IMG/VR virus record: IMGVR_UViG_3300042261_001117
Span: 25,277-89,276 of that record
Length of the DNA stretch: 64,000 bases
From: a virus
Direction: 5' to 3' (one strand)
Position numbers and translations under genes: made by a program. Each line of letters opens with the position of its first letter. Positions within the stretch are counted from its first letter, which is position 1. The notes below the pieces were generated by a model. It was given only the letters and a program-made list of their open reading frames with translations. It searched no databases and had not been told where the DNA came from. Below are positions 30,313 to 40,212 of the stretch, in pieces.

Positions 30313-31041
30313 ATGGCGAAGGACGCGGCCATCAACGCACTGGACGACATCGCGAAGCTCTGCGGCTGCGCGGAATGGGAATACCCCGGGCAGGTCGTTC
30401 GCGACGTCGAGGTGATCGTTCGCGAACGTGAACGGACGCTGCGCTCGCTCTACGCGACACGGGCCCGCGACGTCCCGTGGCGCGAGGCACTCGCGGGTAT
30501 CGTCGGCAAGCGCGTCGTCATGGCGCTGCCCGAGCGGTTCCGCCACCGAAAGCTGATCTGCGCGCGATGCGGAACGGAGACGCGCTACATCGTCGGCGAC
30601 GAGGACAGCGAGTGGAACGCGTGGAGAAAGTCGTTCGAGCACGACGCCCACTGCCCGGTGCACCCACTGGCCACGAAGCGCCGCGTGTTCGTGTGCACGC
30701 CGCTGCGCGCCGACACGCTCGACGGCCGCTGCTACAACGTCAACTTCGCCCGCCGCGTCTGCCACGAGGCCATCGTCCGAGGCTACGTGCCGTTCGCGCC
30801 CCACCTGCTCTACACGCAGATGCTCGACGACGGAGACGCCGCCGAGCGGGAGCTTGGGATCGACTGCGGGCTGCAGATGCTGCACGCCTGCCACGAACTC
30901 TGGTGGGCCATGCCGCGCAACACGCTGGAGCACTCGGACGGCATGAAGACGGAGATCGCACTGGCCCAACGCATCGGCATCCCCGTCAAGCGCGTGCTGA
31001 TGCCCGATGGTCCGACCGACAACCCACAGCAGGAGGAGTGA
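30313..31041 (+). CDS. protein with C-terminal nucleoside 2-deoxyribosyltransferase-like (DUF4406-like) domain
   Basis: VFVCTP, PFAPHLLY and SDGMKTEIALA...IPV. Confidence 0.7.
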   Translation: MAKDAAINALDDIAKLCGCAEWEYPGQVVRDVEVIVRERERTLRSLYATRARDVPWREALAGIVGKRVVMALPERFRHRKLICARCGTETRYIVGDEDSEWNAWRKSFEHDAHCPVHPLATKRRVFVCTPLRADTLDGRCYNVNFARRVCHEAIVRGYVPFAPHLLYTQMLDDGDAAERELGIDCGLQMLHACHELWWAMPRNTLEHSDGMKTEIALAQRIGIPVKRVLMPDGPTDNPQQEE

Positions 31042-31045
31042 GACC

Positions 31046-31540
31046 ATGGCCGAATCCCTTCGCGACTTTGCGGTGCGCTACGCGGAGCGCTTCATCGGGC
31101 GCCCGTACCGGTGGGGCGGCGACGACCCTTCAGGCTTCGACTGCAGCGGGCTCTGCGTCGAGGTGCTTCAGGCGTGCGGGCTGTTCGACCGCAAGAGCGA
31201 CGCGACGGCGGACACGCTCTGGCGCACGTTCGCGCGGCTGCAGACCACGGACGTCGTGCGGCCCGGGTGCCTCGTGCTCTTCGGCACGCCCGAGCGCGCC
31301 ACGCACGTCGAGATCGTGTGCCGCGTGGACCAGCGCAACGCGCCGGTGCCGGGCGGCGTCCGGCAGACCGTGATCACCACGATCGGCGCCAGCGGGGGCG
31401 GCTCGAAGACGCTCACCGATGCCGACGCGTGGGCGCAGAACGCCTACGTGAAGGTGCGTCCGATCCGCATCGCCGGTGCCCGTCAGGACGTGCTCGGGTT
31501 TGTGGACCCGTTCGTGGGGGTGGAAGCATGCCCCGCCTGA
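31046..31540 (+). CDS. NlpC/P60 peptidoglycan peptidase
   Basis: GRPYRWGG..GFDCSGL, PGCLVLF and THV. Confidence 0.88.
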   Translation: MAESLRDFAVRYAERFIGRPYRWGGDDPSGFDCSGLCVEVLQACGLFDRKSDATADTLWRTFARLQTTDVVRPGCLVLFGTPERATHVEIVCRVDQRNAPVPGGVRQTVITTIGASGGGSKTLTDADAWAQNAYVKVRPIRIAGARQDVLGFVDPFVGVEACPA

Positions 31541-32190
31541 CGCTGGTGGTCGAGTACGACGATGCCGCTCCGATCGAAGTCGGGTACGGTACGGAGGTGG
31601 TCGTTCGCACGCCGAAGCGCTCGGCGGAAGGTGCGCTGCGGATCATCGAGGGCACCGGCAAGCTGGTGAGCGTCGAGTTCGGAGACGCGCTGCACGATGC
31701 GGATGACGACGAGTCGACGGGTGTCGGTGTGCGCAGAGTCGCCGCAGATGGCAACGTCACGGAGATGGATTTCGACGCGCCGGAGCGCGTTGTGGCGCTG
31801 TTCGTCCACTCGTTCTCCAAGCTGTTCGAACAGCATCCGACCGCAGAGAACTACGTGCAGTTGGAGGTCAGGCGCGCGGGCGAGGACGCAGGCTACATCG
31901 TGACGGTCCAGCGATCGGACAGGAAGTCGCCGCACGAACTGCGCGTCGCGGCGGAAGCGCAACGCGACGAAGCGGAGATCCTGCTGCGAGAGATGGTCGC
32001 GCAGCACTGCGCGGACGACGGCACGATCCACGGGAGTCCGTACACGCTGCAGGCGTTCTGCCTGTCGACGAACGCTGACGCGCTCCAGTACCTCGTCGGA
32101 CGCGGGCAGGCGGTCGAGGTGTACGACGGGCTCGGACGCCAGTACTACGCGAGGTGGCCGGAGCCCGTGGCGGACGACGCGAAGGAGTAG
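31528..32190 (+). CDS. hypothetical protein
   Basis: Overlaps upstream gene; typical codon usage. Confidence 0.5.
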   Translation: MPRLTLVVEYDDAAPIEVGYGTEVVVRTPKRSAEGALRIIEGTGKLVSVEFGDALHDADDDESTGVGVRRVAADGNVTEMDFDAPERVVALFVHSFSKLFEQHPTAENYVQLEVRRAGEDAGYIVTVQRSDRKSPHELRVAAEAQRDEAEILLREMVAQHCADDGTIHGSPYTLQAFCLSTNADALQYLVGRGQAVEVYDGLGRQYYARWPEPVADDAKE

Positions 32191-32192
32191 CC

Positions 32193-32357
32193 ATGTGCGA
32201 CGGAAACCCCATCTACGCCACCGCGATCGGGATGAGCATCGGCGTGGTGCTCATGCTGGCCACGATCGGAGCGGTGTTGGTGGCGCGAGAGGTGGTGCGC
32301 TGGTGGCGCTGCGGTCGCCTGTTGCGGAACCTACGCGGCATCGGTGGTCCGTTCTGA
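32193..32357 (+). CDS. small single-pass membrane protein
   Basis: AAGGAG RBS; hydrophobic helix followed by a basic tail. Confidence 0.45.
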   Translation: MCDGNPIYATAIGMSIGVVLMLATIGAVLVAREVVRWWRCGRLLRNLRGIGGPF

Positions 32358-32380
32358 CAGTCCAAAGTCGAAAGTCTCGA

Positions 32381-32400
32381 TACTCGCGCGCGCGCGAGTA
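32381..32400. repeat. perfect 20-bp palindrome
   Basis: TACTCGCGCGCGCGCGAGTA is its own reverse complement. Confidence 0.9.
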
Positions 32401-32528
32401 GCCATCCTCCGCAAACGCAAGACGGCCATGGATGCAGAGATGCAGAAGCGGTCGTTTTCGTGCTGGTCGTGACGACCGGTCGCCGCAAAGTCGAACCGAA
32501 CGGTTACATGCGTGGTTGAGAAATAGCG

Positions 32529-32556
32529 TTGACAACGACGCGTGCCGGGGTACGAT
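32529..32556 (+). promoter_or_regulatory. sigma70-like promoter
   Basis: TTGACA-N16-TACGAT. Confidence 0.6.
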
Positions 32557-32613
32557 GGCGTCGTGTGCATCGGTCGGGCGACCGGTGTGGGTCTACCATC
32601 GCGGAGGAGCATC

Positions 32614-32898
32614 ATGACGGACAAGGTGATCGTGCGGACCGTGAACGCGGGCGTCCACTACGGCACGCTCGACAGCCGCGACGGCGGCGAGGTGGTGCTG
32701 ACGGGAACGCGCAGGATGTGGTACTGGGACGGCGCCGCGTCCCTGTCGCAGTTGGCGCGCGACGGCGTGTCGAAGCCGAAGACGTGCAAGTTCTCGGTGA
32801 CGCTCGACAAGATCACGGTGCTCGGAGCCATCGAGATCATTCCGTGCACCGAGAAGGCCGTGGCGTGCATCGAGGCGGTGCCCGAATGGACCGCGTGA
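32614..32898 (+). CDS. Sm-like phage protein (DUF6948-like)
   Basis: VIVRT..AGVHYG...RRMWYWDGAASLSQLA.DG...EIIPCT. Confidence 0.75.
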   Translation: MTDKVIVRTVNAGVHYGTLDSRDGGEVVLTGTRRMWYWDGAASLSQLARDGVSKPKTCKFSVTLDKITVLGAIEIIPCTEKAVACIEAVPEWTA

Positions 32899-33212
32899 GC
32901 GGCTCCGGCTCCGGCTACGGCGACGGCTCCGGCTCCGGCTCCGGCTCCGGCGACGGCTACGGCTCCGGCGACGGCTACGGCGACGGCTACGGCTACGGCG
33001 ACGGCGACGGCTACGGCGACGGCGACGGCTACGGCTCCGGCGACGGCTACGGCTCCGGCGACGGCTACGGCGACGGCTACGGCTACGGCGACGGCGACGG
33101 CTACGGCGACGGCTCCGGCGACGGCTACGGCTCCGGCGACGGCTACGGCGACGGCTACGGCTACGGCGACGGCGACGGCTACGGCGACGGCTCCGGCTCC
33201 GGCGACGGCTAG
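32886..33212 (+). CDS. Gly-X (X=S/D/Y) repeat protein
   Basis: ATG overlaps upstream gene; about 51 GGC-(TCC/GAC/TAC) units in frame. Confidence 0.65.
   Translation: MDRVSGSGSGYGDGSGSGSGSGDGYGSGDGYGDGYGYGDGDGYGDGDGYGSGDGYGSGDGYGDGYGYGDGDGYGDGSGDGYGSGDGYGDGYGYGDGDGYGDGSGSGDG
32901..33209 (+). repeat. 6-bp tandem repeat with a 78-bp higher-order unit x3
   Basis: X-string SDYSDYDYYDDYD occurs three times. Confidence 0.9.
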
Positions 33213-33607
33213 ATCGTAGGATCGTGCACGTCCGGCCCGTCATCCACCGGCAGCGTGATGTCCGGCGGCAGCGGATCGAGCCCTAGCTCCGCTCGCAGCA
33301 CGCGCACCGACCCCAGCGGATCTTCCTCGTCCTGTCGCCGCCACCACGGTGCGTCGGCGTACCGCCGGTGCATCTCGGTCGCGTAGTCGGTGTACTCAAG
33401 TAGCTCGATCGGCGTGATGCCGAGTGCGTCGGACAGCGCGCACAGGGTTCGCAGCGACGGCCAGCGGGTGCCCGCTTCGTACTCCGTGATCCACCGCCCG
33501 AACGGCGTGGTCTGCCCGACGACGGACGCGCGGCGGGCAAGCTCGCGCTGCGAGAGCCCCATCTCGGTGCGGGCGGCTAGCAGTTTCGCTGGTGAGAACC
33601 GCCACAC
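33209..33607 (-). CDS. XRE-family HTH regulator
   Basis: ARTEMGLSQRELAR...EYEAGTRWPSLRTLCALSDALG. Confidence 0.8.
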   Translation of the reverse strand: MWRFSPAKLLAARTEMGLSQRELARRASVVGQTTPFGRWITEYEAGTRWPSLRTLCALSDALGITPIELLEYTDYATEMHRRYADAPWWRRQDEEDPLGSVRVLRAELGLDPLPPDITLPVDDGPDVHDPTI

Positions 33608-33609
33608 TG

Positions 33610-33849
33610 CTACTCCTTGAGCGGCACGGCGAACGCGGCCAGCACCTCGGCGATGGAGCGGTCGACGACGTCCGGTGAGCCGGACACGTCGCGCAGGTGG
33701 TCAGACCAGCGCCGGACCTCGCGTTCGATGCGCTTGGCGGCTTCCGGCTCAGCGTTCGCCCAAAGTTCGGACAGGTCCACCCCCAGCAGCGCTCTGGACG
33801 CGATTGCTGCTGCAGCGTCTCTGGTTCGCTCGACGGGTCGACCGGACAT
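33610..33849 (-). CDS. hypothetical protein (start may extend to 33906)
   Basis: Its end provides the AAGGAG RBS of the XRE gene. Confidence 0.5.
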   Translation of the reverse strand: MSGRPVERTRDAAAAIASRALLGVDLSELWANAEPEAAKRIEREVRRWSDHLRDVSGSPDVVDRSIAEVLAAFAVPLKE

Positions 33850-33939
33850 GGGCGGTAACGCTTGCGTCGGTGGTTGTTGAACCTTCTTGAATTCTACGGT
33901 CGCCAATCGAAATCAGCAAGGCCGGAACGCCAAACGCAG

Positions 33940-33967
33940 TTGTGAGCGGAAACGAGTGGTGTACAAT
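33940..33967 (+). promoter_or_regulatory. promoter of the terminase operon
   Basis: TTGTGA-N16-TACAAT. Confidence 0.5.
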
Positions 33968-33985
33968 GAACGGCGGAGGGCGACC

Positions 33986-34651
33986 ATGACCGGCAGACAC
34001 GCAGGACCAGACGGGAAGAAGCGCGCGACCAGCAAGGAGAAGAAGACCTCGCCACGACTTGGCAAGCCTGGGCCGCACATCACCGTCGACCTCGCGCTCT
34101 ACCGCAGGGCGTGGGAGATCTACAAACTGCGGCCGTACCCGAACGCGATCTACGAGGGCATCCCGGAGATCGGGCGCACGTACGCGAAGCAGCTTGTCGA
34201 GCGCGGCGTGCCGGAGATTGGGCTGCCGCCGCTCTCGATCAAGATGCAGGTCGCGATGTCGTTGGCCACGCAGATGGACGTGGACGAGGCCGCGCAGTCG
34301 GTGGCGGTGGGGCGCAAGGCGCTTCGCACCGCGCTGCGCGCGATGCTGCTGCGCATCGATCAGGTGGTGTCGTCGCCGACCGAGCTAGCGCGGCTGTCGC
34401 CCGCCGCGTGCATCGCGCTGATCCCGAAGTCCGTCGAGTTGAACGAGAAGCTGTCGAAGCCGACCGATGAACTGACGATGGACGCGCTGAACCAGTTCAA
34501 CGACGGCGTCACGGACGTGCTGGGAGGCCTGTTCGCGTCGCTCCGCGACATCGCTGCCAAGCGTCTACCCAAGACGCCCGACGCCGCGAAGATGAACGCC
34601 ACCACGCCCGAGCGGCTCGACAAGCTGGAGAAGACCGGGGCCCTCGAATGA
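33986..34651 (+). CDS. putative terminase small subunit
   Basis: Basic N-terminus, helical, coupled directly to the large subunit (positional call). Confidence 0.5.
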   Translation: MTGRHAGPDGKKRATSKEKKTSPRLGKPGPHITVDLALYRRAWEIYKLRPYPNAIYEGIPEIGRTYAKQLVERGVPEIGLPPLSIKMQVAMSLATQMDVDEAAQSVAVGRKALRTALRAMLLRIDQVVSSPTELARLSPAACIALIPKSVELNEKLSKPTDELTMDALNQFNDGVTDVLGGLFASLRDIAAKRLPKTPDAAKMNATTPERLDKLEKTGALE

Positions 34652-36405
34652 AGTCCGCCGCACCTCCGCGCGGCGCCCGGCGACCGCAGGCGTCTCCGTC
34701 GCCGATCATCGTCCCGCGCATCACCGAGCCGCTGCGGGCGGTCGTCCCGCCCGCGGTGCTCCGCCAATCGAAGGAACTCAACCCCGAGCAGCGTACCGCG
34801 CTCAAGACCGCGATCGTGTCGGTGCTCGACGACTGGCTGCGTCCGTACCAGCGCGAGTGGCTGGCGGACACGTCCCAGCACAAGGTGGCCAACTGGTCGC
34901 GCCAGATCGGCAAGAGCGAGGTGATCTCGCTCGAGGCGATTCTTCAGGGCCTCGAGCCGCCGGAGACGATGGAGAAGTGCGAGATCCTCGTCAGCGCCAG
35001 CCAGTCGCAGGCGAACGAGATCATGATGAAGGCCGTGCGCTGGAGCCACATCATCGACGAGATCGCGCGCAAGACGCTGGGCGTCTCGATCTACATGAAC
35101 GGCAAGGGCCCGCAGTCCGCTCACCCGGAGCAGATCTGGTTGTACAATTCCGTGCGCGTCATCACGCTGCCCGCGAACCCGTACTCCGCTGCGGGCTACC
35201 ACGGCGACGTCTTTTGGGATGAGGTCGCCAAGACTCCCCACGATGACCTGATGTGGGACGCGCTGCACCCGATGATCTCCGGCAACAACTACCGCTTCCG
35301 CGCCACCAGCACGCCGTGGGGCGACCAGGGGAAGTACTACGAGATCTGGCACAACCTCCCCGACTGGTCGAAGCACCAAGTCACGATCATCGACGCCGTG
35401 CGCCAGGGCGTCCCGCGCGACCTGGAGTCCATGCGACGCCAGTACGACGCGATCACCTGGGCGCAGAACTACCTGTGCCGATTCCTCTCGTCGCTGACGA
35501 GCGCGTACCCGCGCGACCTGCTGAAGGCTGCGATCGAGTTGTACTCCGACCTGCCGGACCTACCGCGCGCGCCAGCTCCGGGCGTCTGGCCGGACGACGT
35601 GTACGTGACGCTGGGCATCGACATCGGCCGCACCAACGACCGCACCGCGCTGGTGTGGGAGTACGAGTACCCGCAGGGCTGCTACCGCTTTGAGCGCGTG
35701 CGGCAACTGGTCAAGATGCCGTTCGCGCAGCAAGAGCAGGTCATCCGCGAGATCCTGCGCGGCGGCGAAGTTCACAAGTGCCAGATCGACTCGACCGGCA
35801 TCGGCATGCAGATGGCGGAGAACCTCTCGAACGAGTTCCCCGAGATCGTGCGACCGGTGACGTTCACGAACCAGCAGAAGGCGCAGATGGTGCTGGCCAT
35901 GCGCGCGGACTTCGAGCGCGGCGTGCTGGCCATGGTGCCGGACAACGACCTGCTCAGCGACTTCACCTCGGTGCGGCAGGAGATCCTGGAGTCGTCGCGC
36001 ACGGTGCGGTTCGGCAGCGCACGCACCGCCAGCGGGCACGCGGACGGGCACTGGGCGGCAGGCCTCGCGCACGACGCGCAGGTCAACCGCGCGGAGTGGC
36101 AGGTCGGCGACAGCGACGTGGACGAGCCGGTCATCCGGCGTCGGCAGCAGGGCAAGGGCTTCTCGATCGAGACGCCGCTTCCGGTCGATCCGTACTACGG
36201 CGGCATGGGCGGGATGCCGAAGGGCAGCGACATCACCGGCGGCCCGAGCTACGAGGGCGACCTCGACGACCTGTCGATGCTCGACGACGAGACGCTGGAG
36301 ATGAAGCTGCTGGGGCTGGACCCGGACGACTACGACGAGGACCAGGAGAAGCGCACGGCTGGCCGCCGAGCGCAATTGTTCAAAGGCGTTCGCAAAAAGA
36401 GTTGA
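34648..36405 (+). CDS. terL: terminase large subunit (Terminase_6, Mu gp28-like)
   Basis: LRPYQ, SRQIGKS, WDEVA, TSTP, GIDIGR.ND, IDSTGIG, GHAD..WA. Confidence 0.92.
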   Translation: MKSAAPPRGARRPQASPSPIIVPRITEPLRAVVPPAVLRQSKELNPEQRTALKTAIVSVLDDWLRPYQREWLADTSQHKVANWSRQIGKSEVISLEAILQGLEPPETMEKCEILVSASQSQANEIMMKAVRWSHIIDEIARKTLGVSIYMNGKGPQSAHPEQIWLYNSVRVITLPANPYSAAGYHGDVFWDEVAKTPHDDLMWDALHPMISGNNYRFRATSTPWGDQGKYYEIWHNLPDWSKHQVTIIDAVRQGVPRDLESMRRQYDAITWAQNYLCRFLSSLTSAYPRDLLKAAIELYSDLPDLPRAPAPGVWPDDVYVTLGIDIGRTNDRTALVWEYEYPQGCYRFERVRQLVKMPFAQQEQVIREILRGGEVHKCQIDSTGIGMQMAENLSNEFPEIVRPVTFTNQQKAQMVLAMRADFERGVLAMVPDNDLLSDFTSVRQEILESSRTVRFGSARTASGHADGHWAAGLAHDAQVNRAEWQVGDSDVDEPVIRRRQQGKGFSIETPLPVDPYYGGMGGMPKGSDITGGPSYEGDLDDLSMLDDETLEMKLLGLDPDDYDEDQEKRTAGRRAQLFKGVRKKS

Positions 36406-36430
36406 CGATCGTGATGGGCCGTCGTAACGT
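36395..36430 (+). promoter_or_regulatory. sigma70-like promoter
   Basis: AAAAGAG-TTGACG-N17-TAACGT, overlapping the terL stop. Confidence 0.72.
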
Positions 36431-36472
36431 GGCACCATGACGCGGACGAACCGCGGCGAGAGGGGGTCGACC

Positions 36473-37792
36473 ATGACGAGCTTCATCCGAGCCAAGTACG
36501 AAGGGCGCTGCAGCGACTGCGGGCGCCGCATGCCGGTCGGAACGCTCATCGCGTGGAAGCACGGTGCATCGCGCGAGGTGCGCTGCATCGAGTGCGAGGA
36601 CGTGCGCAGCCGCCAGCCGATGTTCATGGCCCACGCGGATCGCCACGAGCGCGACGACTACTACGCGCGCCGTGCACGCGCGGGCGTCAACCGCGCGCTG
36701 GCCGACGCCCGCCGGAACGAGATCGCCGCGATGACCGCGCAGGCGGTCGCCCACGCGGGTGCGTGATGGAGCGCAAGAAGCACCTCTCCTGGCGCGGCGT
36801 CCTGCGCGAAGCCGCGACGGATATCCTGTCCACGGTGCGCTCGTCGCGCGACTGCGGAGCGCTTGACGAGAGCCGAAGCTACCGGCTGGACTGCAACACC
36901 GCAGATCGCGTGCGCGCTACGCTCGAGGAACTGCTCAACGGACCCATCCAGCGCGTGGGCGACGGCAACGCGACGCTGCTGGTGGCGCTGTCCGAAGCGG
37001 AGGCGGATGCGCTGCTTCGCGCGTACAGACACGCAGAAGCCTCCATCGACTACGACAGAACGAACGCCGCGCAGCACGGGTGGTCGCGTGCTGCCATCCG
37101 CTCGATGACCGGCGCCATCAGCCAGATCTATGACGCCAAGAGGAGGAACGCGCGATGCTGACGATGCAGACGCTCTGCGACCGCCTGTGCGCCACGAAGG
37201 GCGCGGGACGTACCGGGTGGCTTCACCCCGACGACGCCGAGCGCGTCGAGCACCTCGTGTGGTGCTTCAGTGAAGGGCTGGTGGCGTGATGAGGAACGTG
37301 GTGGTCGATTGCGCGCTCGGCGCAGAACTGAACGCACAACTGGAGCAGCTTCGTGTCGCGGCGGCTGCGTGTCTGAAAGCCGCAGCGATGATCGACGCGG
37401 AGGACATCGTCGAACTGGCGCTCACGCACCGCAGCGACGTGGTGATCGGACGTCTGGCGATGGCGATGGACCTGATCTCGGTCGCTGCGGCCCGGCTCGG
37501 CGTCACACAAGCGGTCGCGAACAGCGAGATCCGGTGCAACGAAGACGCGCTGCTGACGGAAGAAGACCTGCAACGCGTCGGGCTGGTGGCCGTGCAGATG
37601 AACGAGAACGGCGACGGGTTCGGTCCGGTGGGCAACGCGTAGGGGGTGGAGATGTTCGACGACCACGGGCGCTACGTGCACGAGGTGAGCGGAGAGATCG
37701 GCGTGCTGCTCACGCGCATGCTGCAGGCTGCGGTGCTGATCGGTGCGTGCGTGATCATGGGCGTCGCCGTGGCCGCGGCGTACGTGGGGTAG
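36473..37792 (+). other. small hypothetical CDSs (36473-36766, 36766-37161, 37289-37642, 37652-37792)
   Basis: First has AKYEGRCSDCG Zn ribbon; last is a single-TM peptide. Confidence 0.5.
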
Positions 37793-37841
37793 GCGATCCG
37801 GCAGTTGGGCGCGTTGGGACGTCGGCGGTCGGGTCGCGCAT

Positions 37842-37914
37842 GGGCCAGTAGCTCAGTTGGGTGAGCGCCACCCTTGCAAGGTGGAGGTCGCCGGTTCAAT
37901 CCCGGTCTGGTCCA
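37842..37914 (+). tRNA. tRNA-Ala(TGC), CCA not encoded
   Basis: Full cloverleaf: acceptor GGGCCAG/CTGGTCC with G3:U70, anticodon arm CCACC-CTTGCAA-GGTGG, T loop TTCAATC, discriminator A. Confidence 0.95.
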
Positions 37915-37934
37915 CTGCGTTGGAGAGGTAATCG

Positions 37935-38402
37935 ATGGAGTACATCGTTAGAGACGTCACACACAGCCACCGGACGATAGATGTAGGCACGGGCTCGCTG
38001 TCGTTCGACAAGAAGACGCAGGCTGTTCACCTGTTCTCTGACGAGGGACGAGGCCGGTGCGTCGCGCAACTGGATCGAGCCATGGTGACGCAGATGGCGA
38101 CGGCTGGAATCTGGATTGTCGGGTACAAGCCAGACGGAATCGACAAGCATCGACGGCAGCGATTCGTACTGACCGAGTGGTTCTGCGCGTACAAGGAGCA
38201 CTAGACCATGGAGATGCAACTTCGAGAGCCCCGCGGAGCGATCGACCCGCGCTTGACCGAGTCAGAGGAGCGCGAGGTGCTCCGCCGCATGGACGCAGAC
38301 TTTGCGCGGCTGTTCGGCGCTGGCGGTCTGCCGGAGTGCCGGTGCTGCATGCCGGACCCCGCCACGGAAGAACGCATCCAGCGTTTACGGAGCGCGACGT
38401 GA
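37935..38402 (+). other. two small hypothetical CDSs (37935-38204, 38208-38402)
   Basis: RBS before each ATG. Confidence 0.5.
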
Positions 38403-38680
38403 CACGACGTCGCCAGCACACCGGCAAGCGCGTCGACAAGGCCAAGACGCTCGCGGCGCACGCGGGCTCTAGACTGCACGAGCGCTACGGGCTCGCGCAC
38501 CGCGACGCGGAGGCCATCGCGCAGTTGATCCGCGACGGGAAGTCGACGCCGGTCGAGAAGCAATCGAACGCCCGGTCTGTCCACGACGTGGTGTACGACG
38601 GCGTGACGATTCGCGTGGTCTATGACCGCGAGCGGAAGTGCTTGATCACCGCGCTGCCGAAGGAGGCGATCGGCTCATGA
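38399..38680 (+). CDS. small basic protein, possible RelE/BECR-fold RNase
   Basis: HAGSRLHERY...RVVYD...LITALP pattern. Confidence 0.4.
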   Translation: MTRRRQHTGKRVDKAKTLAAHAGSRLHERYGLAHRDAEAIAQLIRDGKSTPVEKQSNARSVHDVVYDGVTIRVVYDRERKCLITALPKEAIGS

Positions 38681-39276
38681 GCGCTACCGGACGATCTGAC
38701 GTTCGCAGACCGATGGACTGCTACGACACGCCTGACTGGTGCGTCGAGTGGCTGCTCAACTGCCCGGCATTCATAGGAAGCATCTGCGCTGGAGAGACTC
38801 CACGCGTGTGGTGCGACCCGTGCGCTGGCTCGGGCTCGATCGTGGGAGCGGTCAACGCGTGGTCGACGAAGCACCCGGATTGCACGCCGCTTCCGGAGTG
38901 GCTCGCGTGGGACGTGGCGCCCAGGTCGCCGATCGTGCGCGCCCACGACTACCTCGACGCGGCGTTCGATCCTCCGCGCGTCGACGTGCTGTTCACGAAT
39001 CCGCCGTACTCGATGGCGGAGGAGTTCATCCGCAAGGCGGTCACGCACTCGAGCGCGGTGGTGATGCTGCTCCGGCTGCCGTTCCTGGCCAGCCGCAAGC
39101 GGCTGCCGCTGTGGAGCGCGGTCGGAACGCCGGACGTCTACGTGCTGGCGAAGCGCCCGTCGTTCACGGGCGGCGGCACGGACGCGACGGACTACGCGTG
39201 GTTCTCGTGGCCGGTGACTGCTGCGAAGGAGAAAGCCAGCGGGGTGGTTCGCGTTCTTGACGGCTCGTTCGTTTAG
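38677..39276 (+). CDS. small DNA N6-adenine methyltransferase
   Basis: DCYDTP, DPCAGSGSI, TNPPY, MLLRL.FL and YAWF. Confidence 0.85.
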   Translation: MSATGRSDVRRPMDCYDTPDWCVEWLLNCPAFIGSICAGETPRVWCDPCAGSGSIVGAVNAWSTKHPDCTPLPEWLAWDVAPRSPIVRAHDYLDAAFDPPRVDVLFTNPPYSMAEEFIRKAVTHSSAVVMLLRLPFLASRKRLPLWSAVGTPDVYVLAKRPSFTGGGTDATDYAWFSWPVTAAKEKASGVVRVLDGSFV

Positions 39277-39579
39277 CGCGACGGTAACGCTGGCGGTTGG
39301 GCGACCGCTGGCGTGGAGCGGAAGGAGCATCTCGATGTGGCGCGGCATCACGCACTCGTGCGGACACCACTGGCATTACGAGCACACGCTCATGAGATCG
39401 GAGCATGGGTACGAACAGGAGCGCGAGACGCTGGCGCGGAGCAGCGACCACCCATGCCCGAAGTGCATCGGGCTCCAGCCGCCGTACCCGTTCAACGGCA
39501 CGGATGAGTTACGGGCGATCGGGACTCCGCTGAGCCTGCACGGTGCGGATGGAGTCGCGATCCCATGGCAGGTGAAGCC

Positions 39580-40212
39580 ATGAAGACCGGCAAGCACCGC
39601 CAGGAGCGCGTCCACGATGGCTTCGGCGACTGGATGCGGAACCGCCGCGAGCACGCGAAGTACGGGCTCCGCGAACTGGCTCGGCTCATGCCCGCGTCTG
39701 CGTCGTACCTGTCGCGGCTCGAGACGGGCAGCGAGACGAGCCCGCCGAGCGAGGAGTTCCTTGATCGCTGGAGCGACTTCGTTGGCGTGCGCGCGTACGA
39801 TGCGTGCTGGCACGCGCGCCGCATTCCGCACAAGATCGCGCGATACCTGACCAGCAAGTGGGACGGTCCAGCGCTGGCCATCGAGAACAACGAACTGCGC
39901 GAGGCGCTGCTGGCGCTCTACCGGCTGCACTGCCCTGCGACGGCTGAAGACAAGCTGCGGTACGACACCGATACCAATGGGTGGAACGCGATGCTGTTCG
40001 GCGTGCTCAAAAGCGCGCAGAAGGTGCTGGGCATCGATCGCGAGGCGGAGTGGAAGGTCATCAACGAGGAGATGGACGCGCTGCAACGCGAAGACGACGA
40101 CGTCGACGAACTCGTTCCAGCGGTCGTTGCGTGCATTGAGTGTCAACACCGCGCCGAGTGCATTGATCGCGGAGTCGATCACGTTTGTCCACCACAGGAG
40201 GATGCAAGATGA
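39580..40212 (+). CDS. XRE-family HTH protein
   Basis: FGDWMRNRR...GLRELAR...SASYLSRLETG. Confidence 0.75.
   Translation: MKTGKHRQERVHDGFGDWMRNRREHAKYGLRELARLMPASASYLSRLETGSETSPPSEEFLDRWSDFVGVRAYDACWHARRIPHKIARYLTSKWDGPALAIENNELREALLALYRLHCPATAEDKLRYDTDTNGWNAMLFGVLKSAQKVLGIDREAEWKVINEEMDALQREDDDVDELVPAVVACIECQHRAECIDRGVDHVCPPQEDAR

Noticed and set aside
32901-33209. Possible CRISPR array
   Set aside because: Contiguous hexamer units with no unique spacers, and no cas genes in the window
32593-33243. Arg/Ser-repeat ORF on the minus strand
   Set aside because: Reverse reading of the Gly-X repeat; overlaps two better-supported genes
37842-37914. tRNA as prophage attachment boundary
   Set aside because: Phage-type genes on both sides, no integrase and no duplicated tRNA 3' end seen in the window
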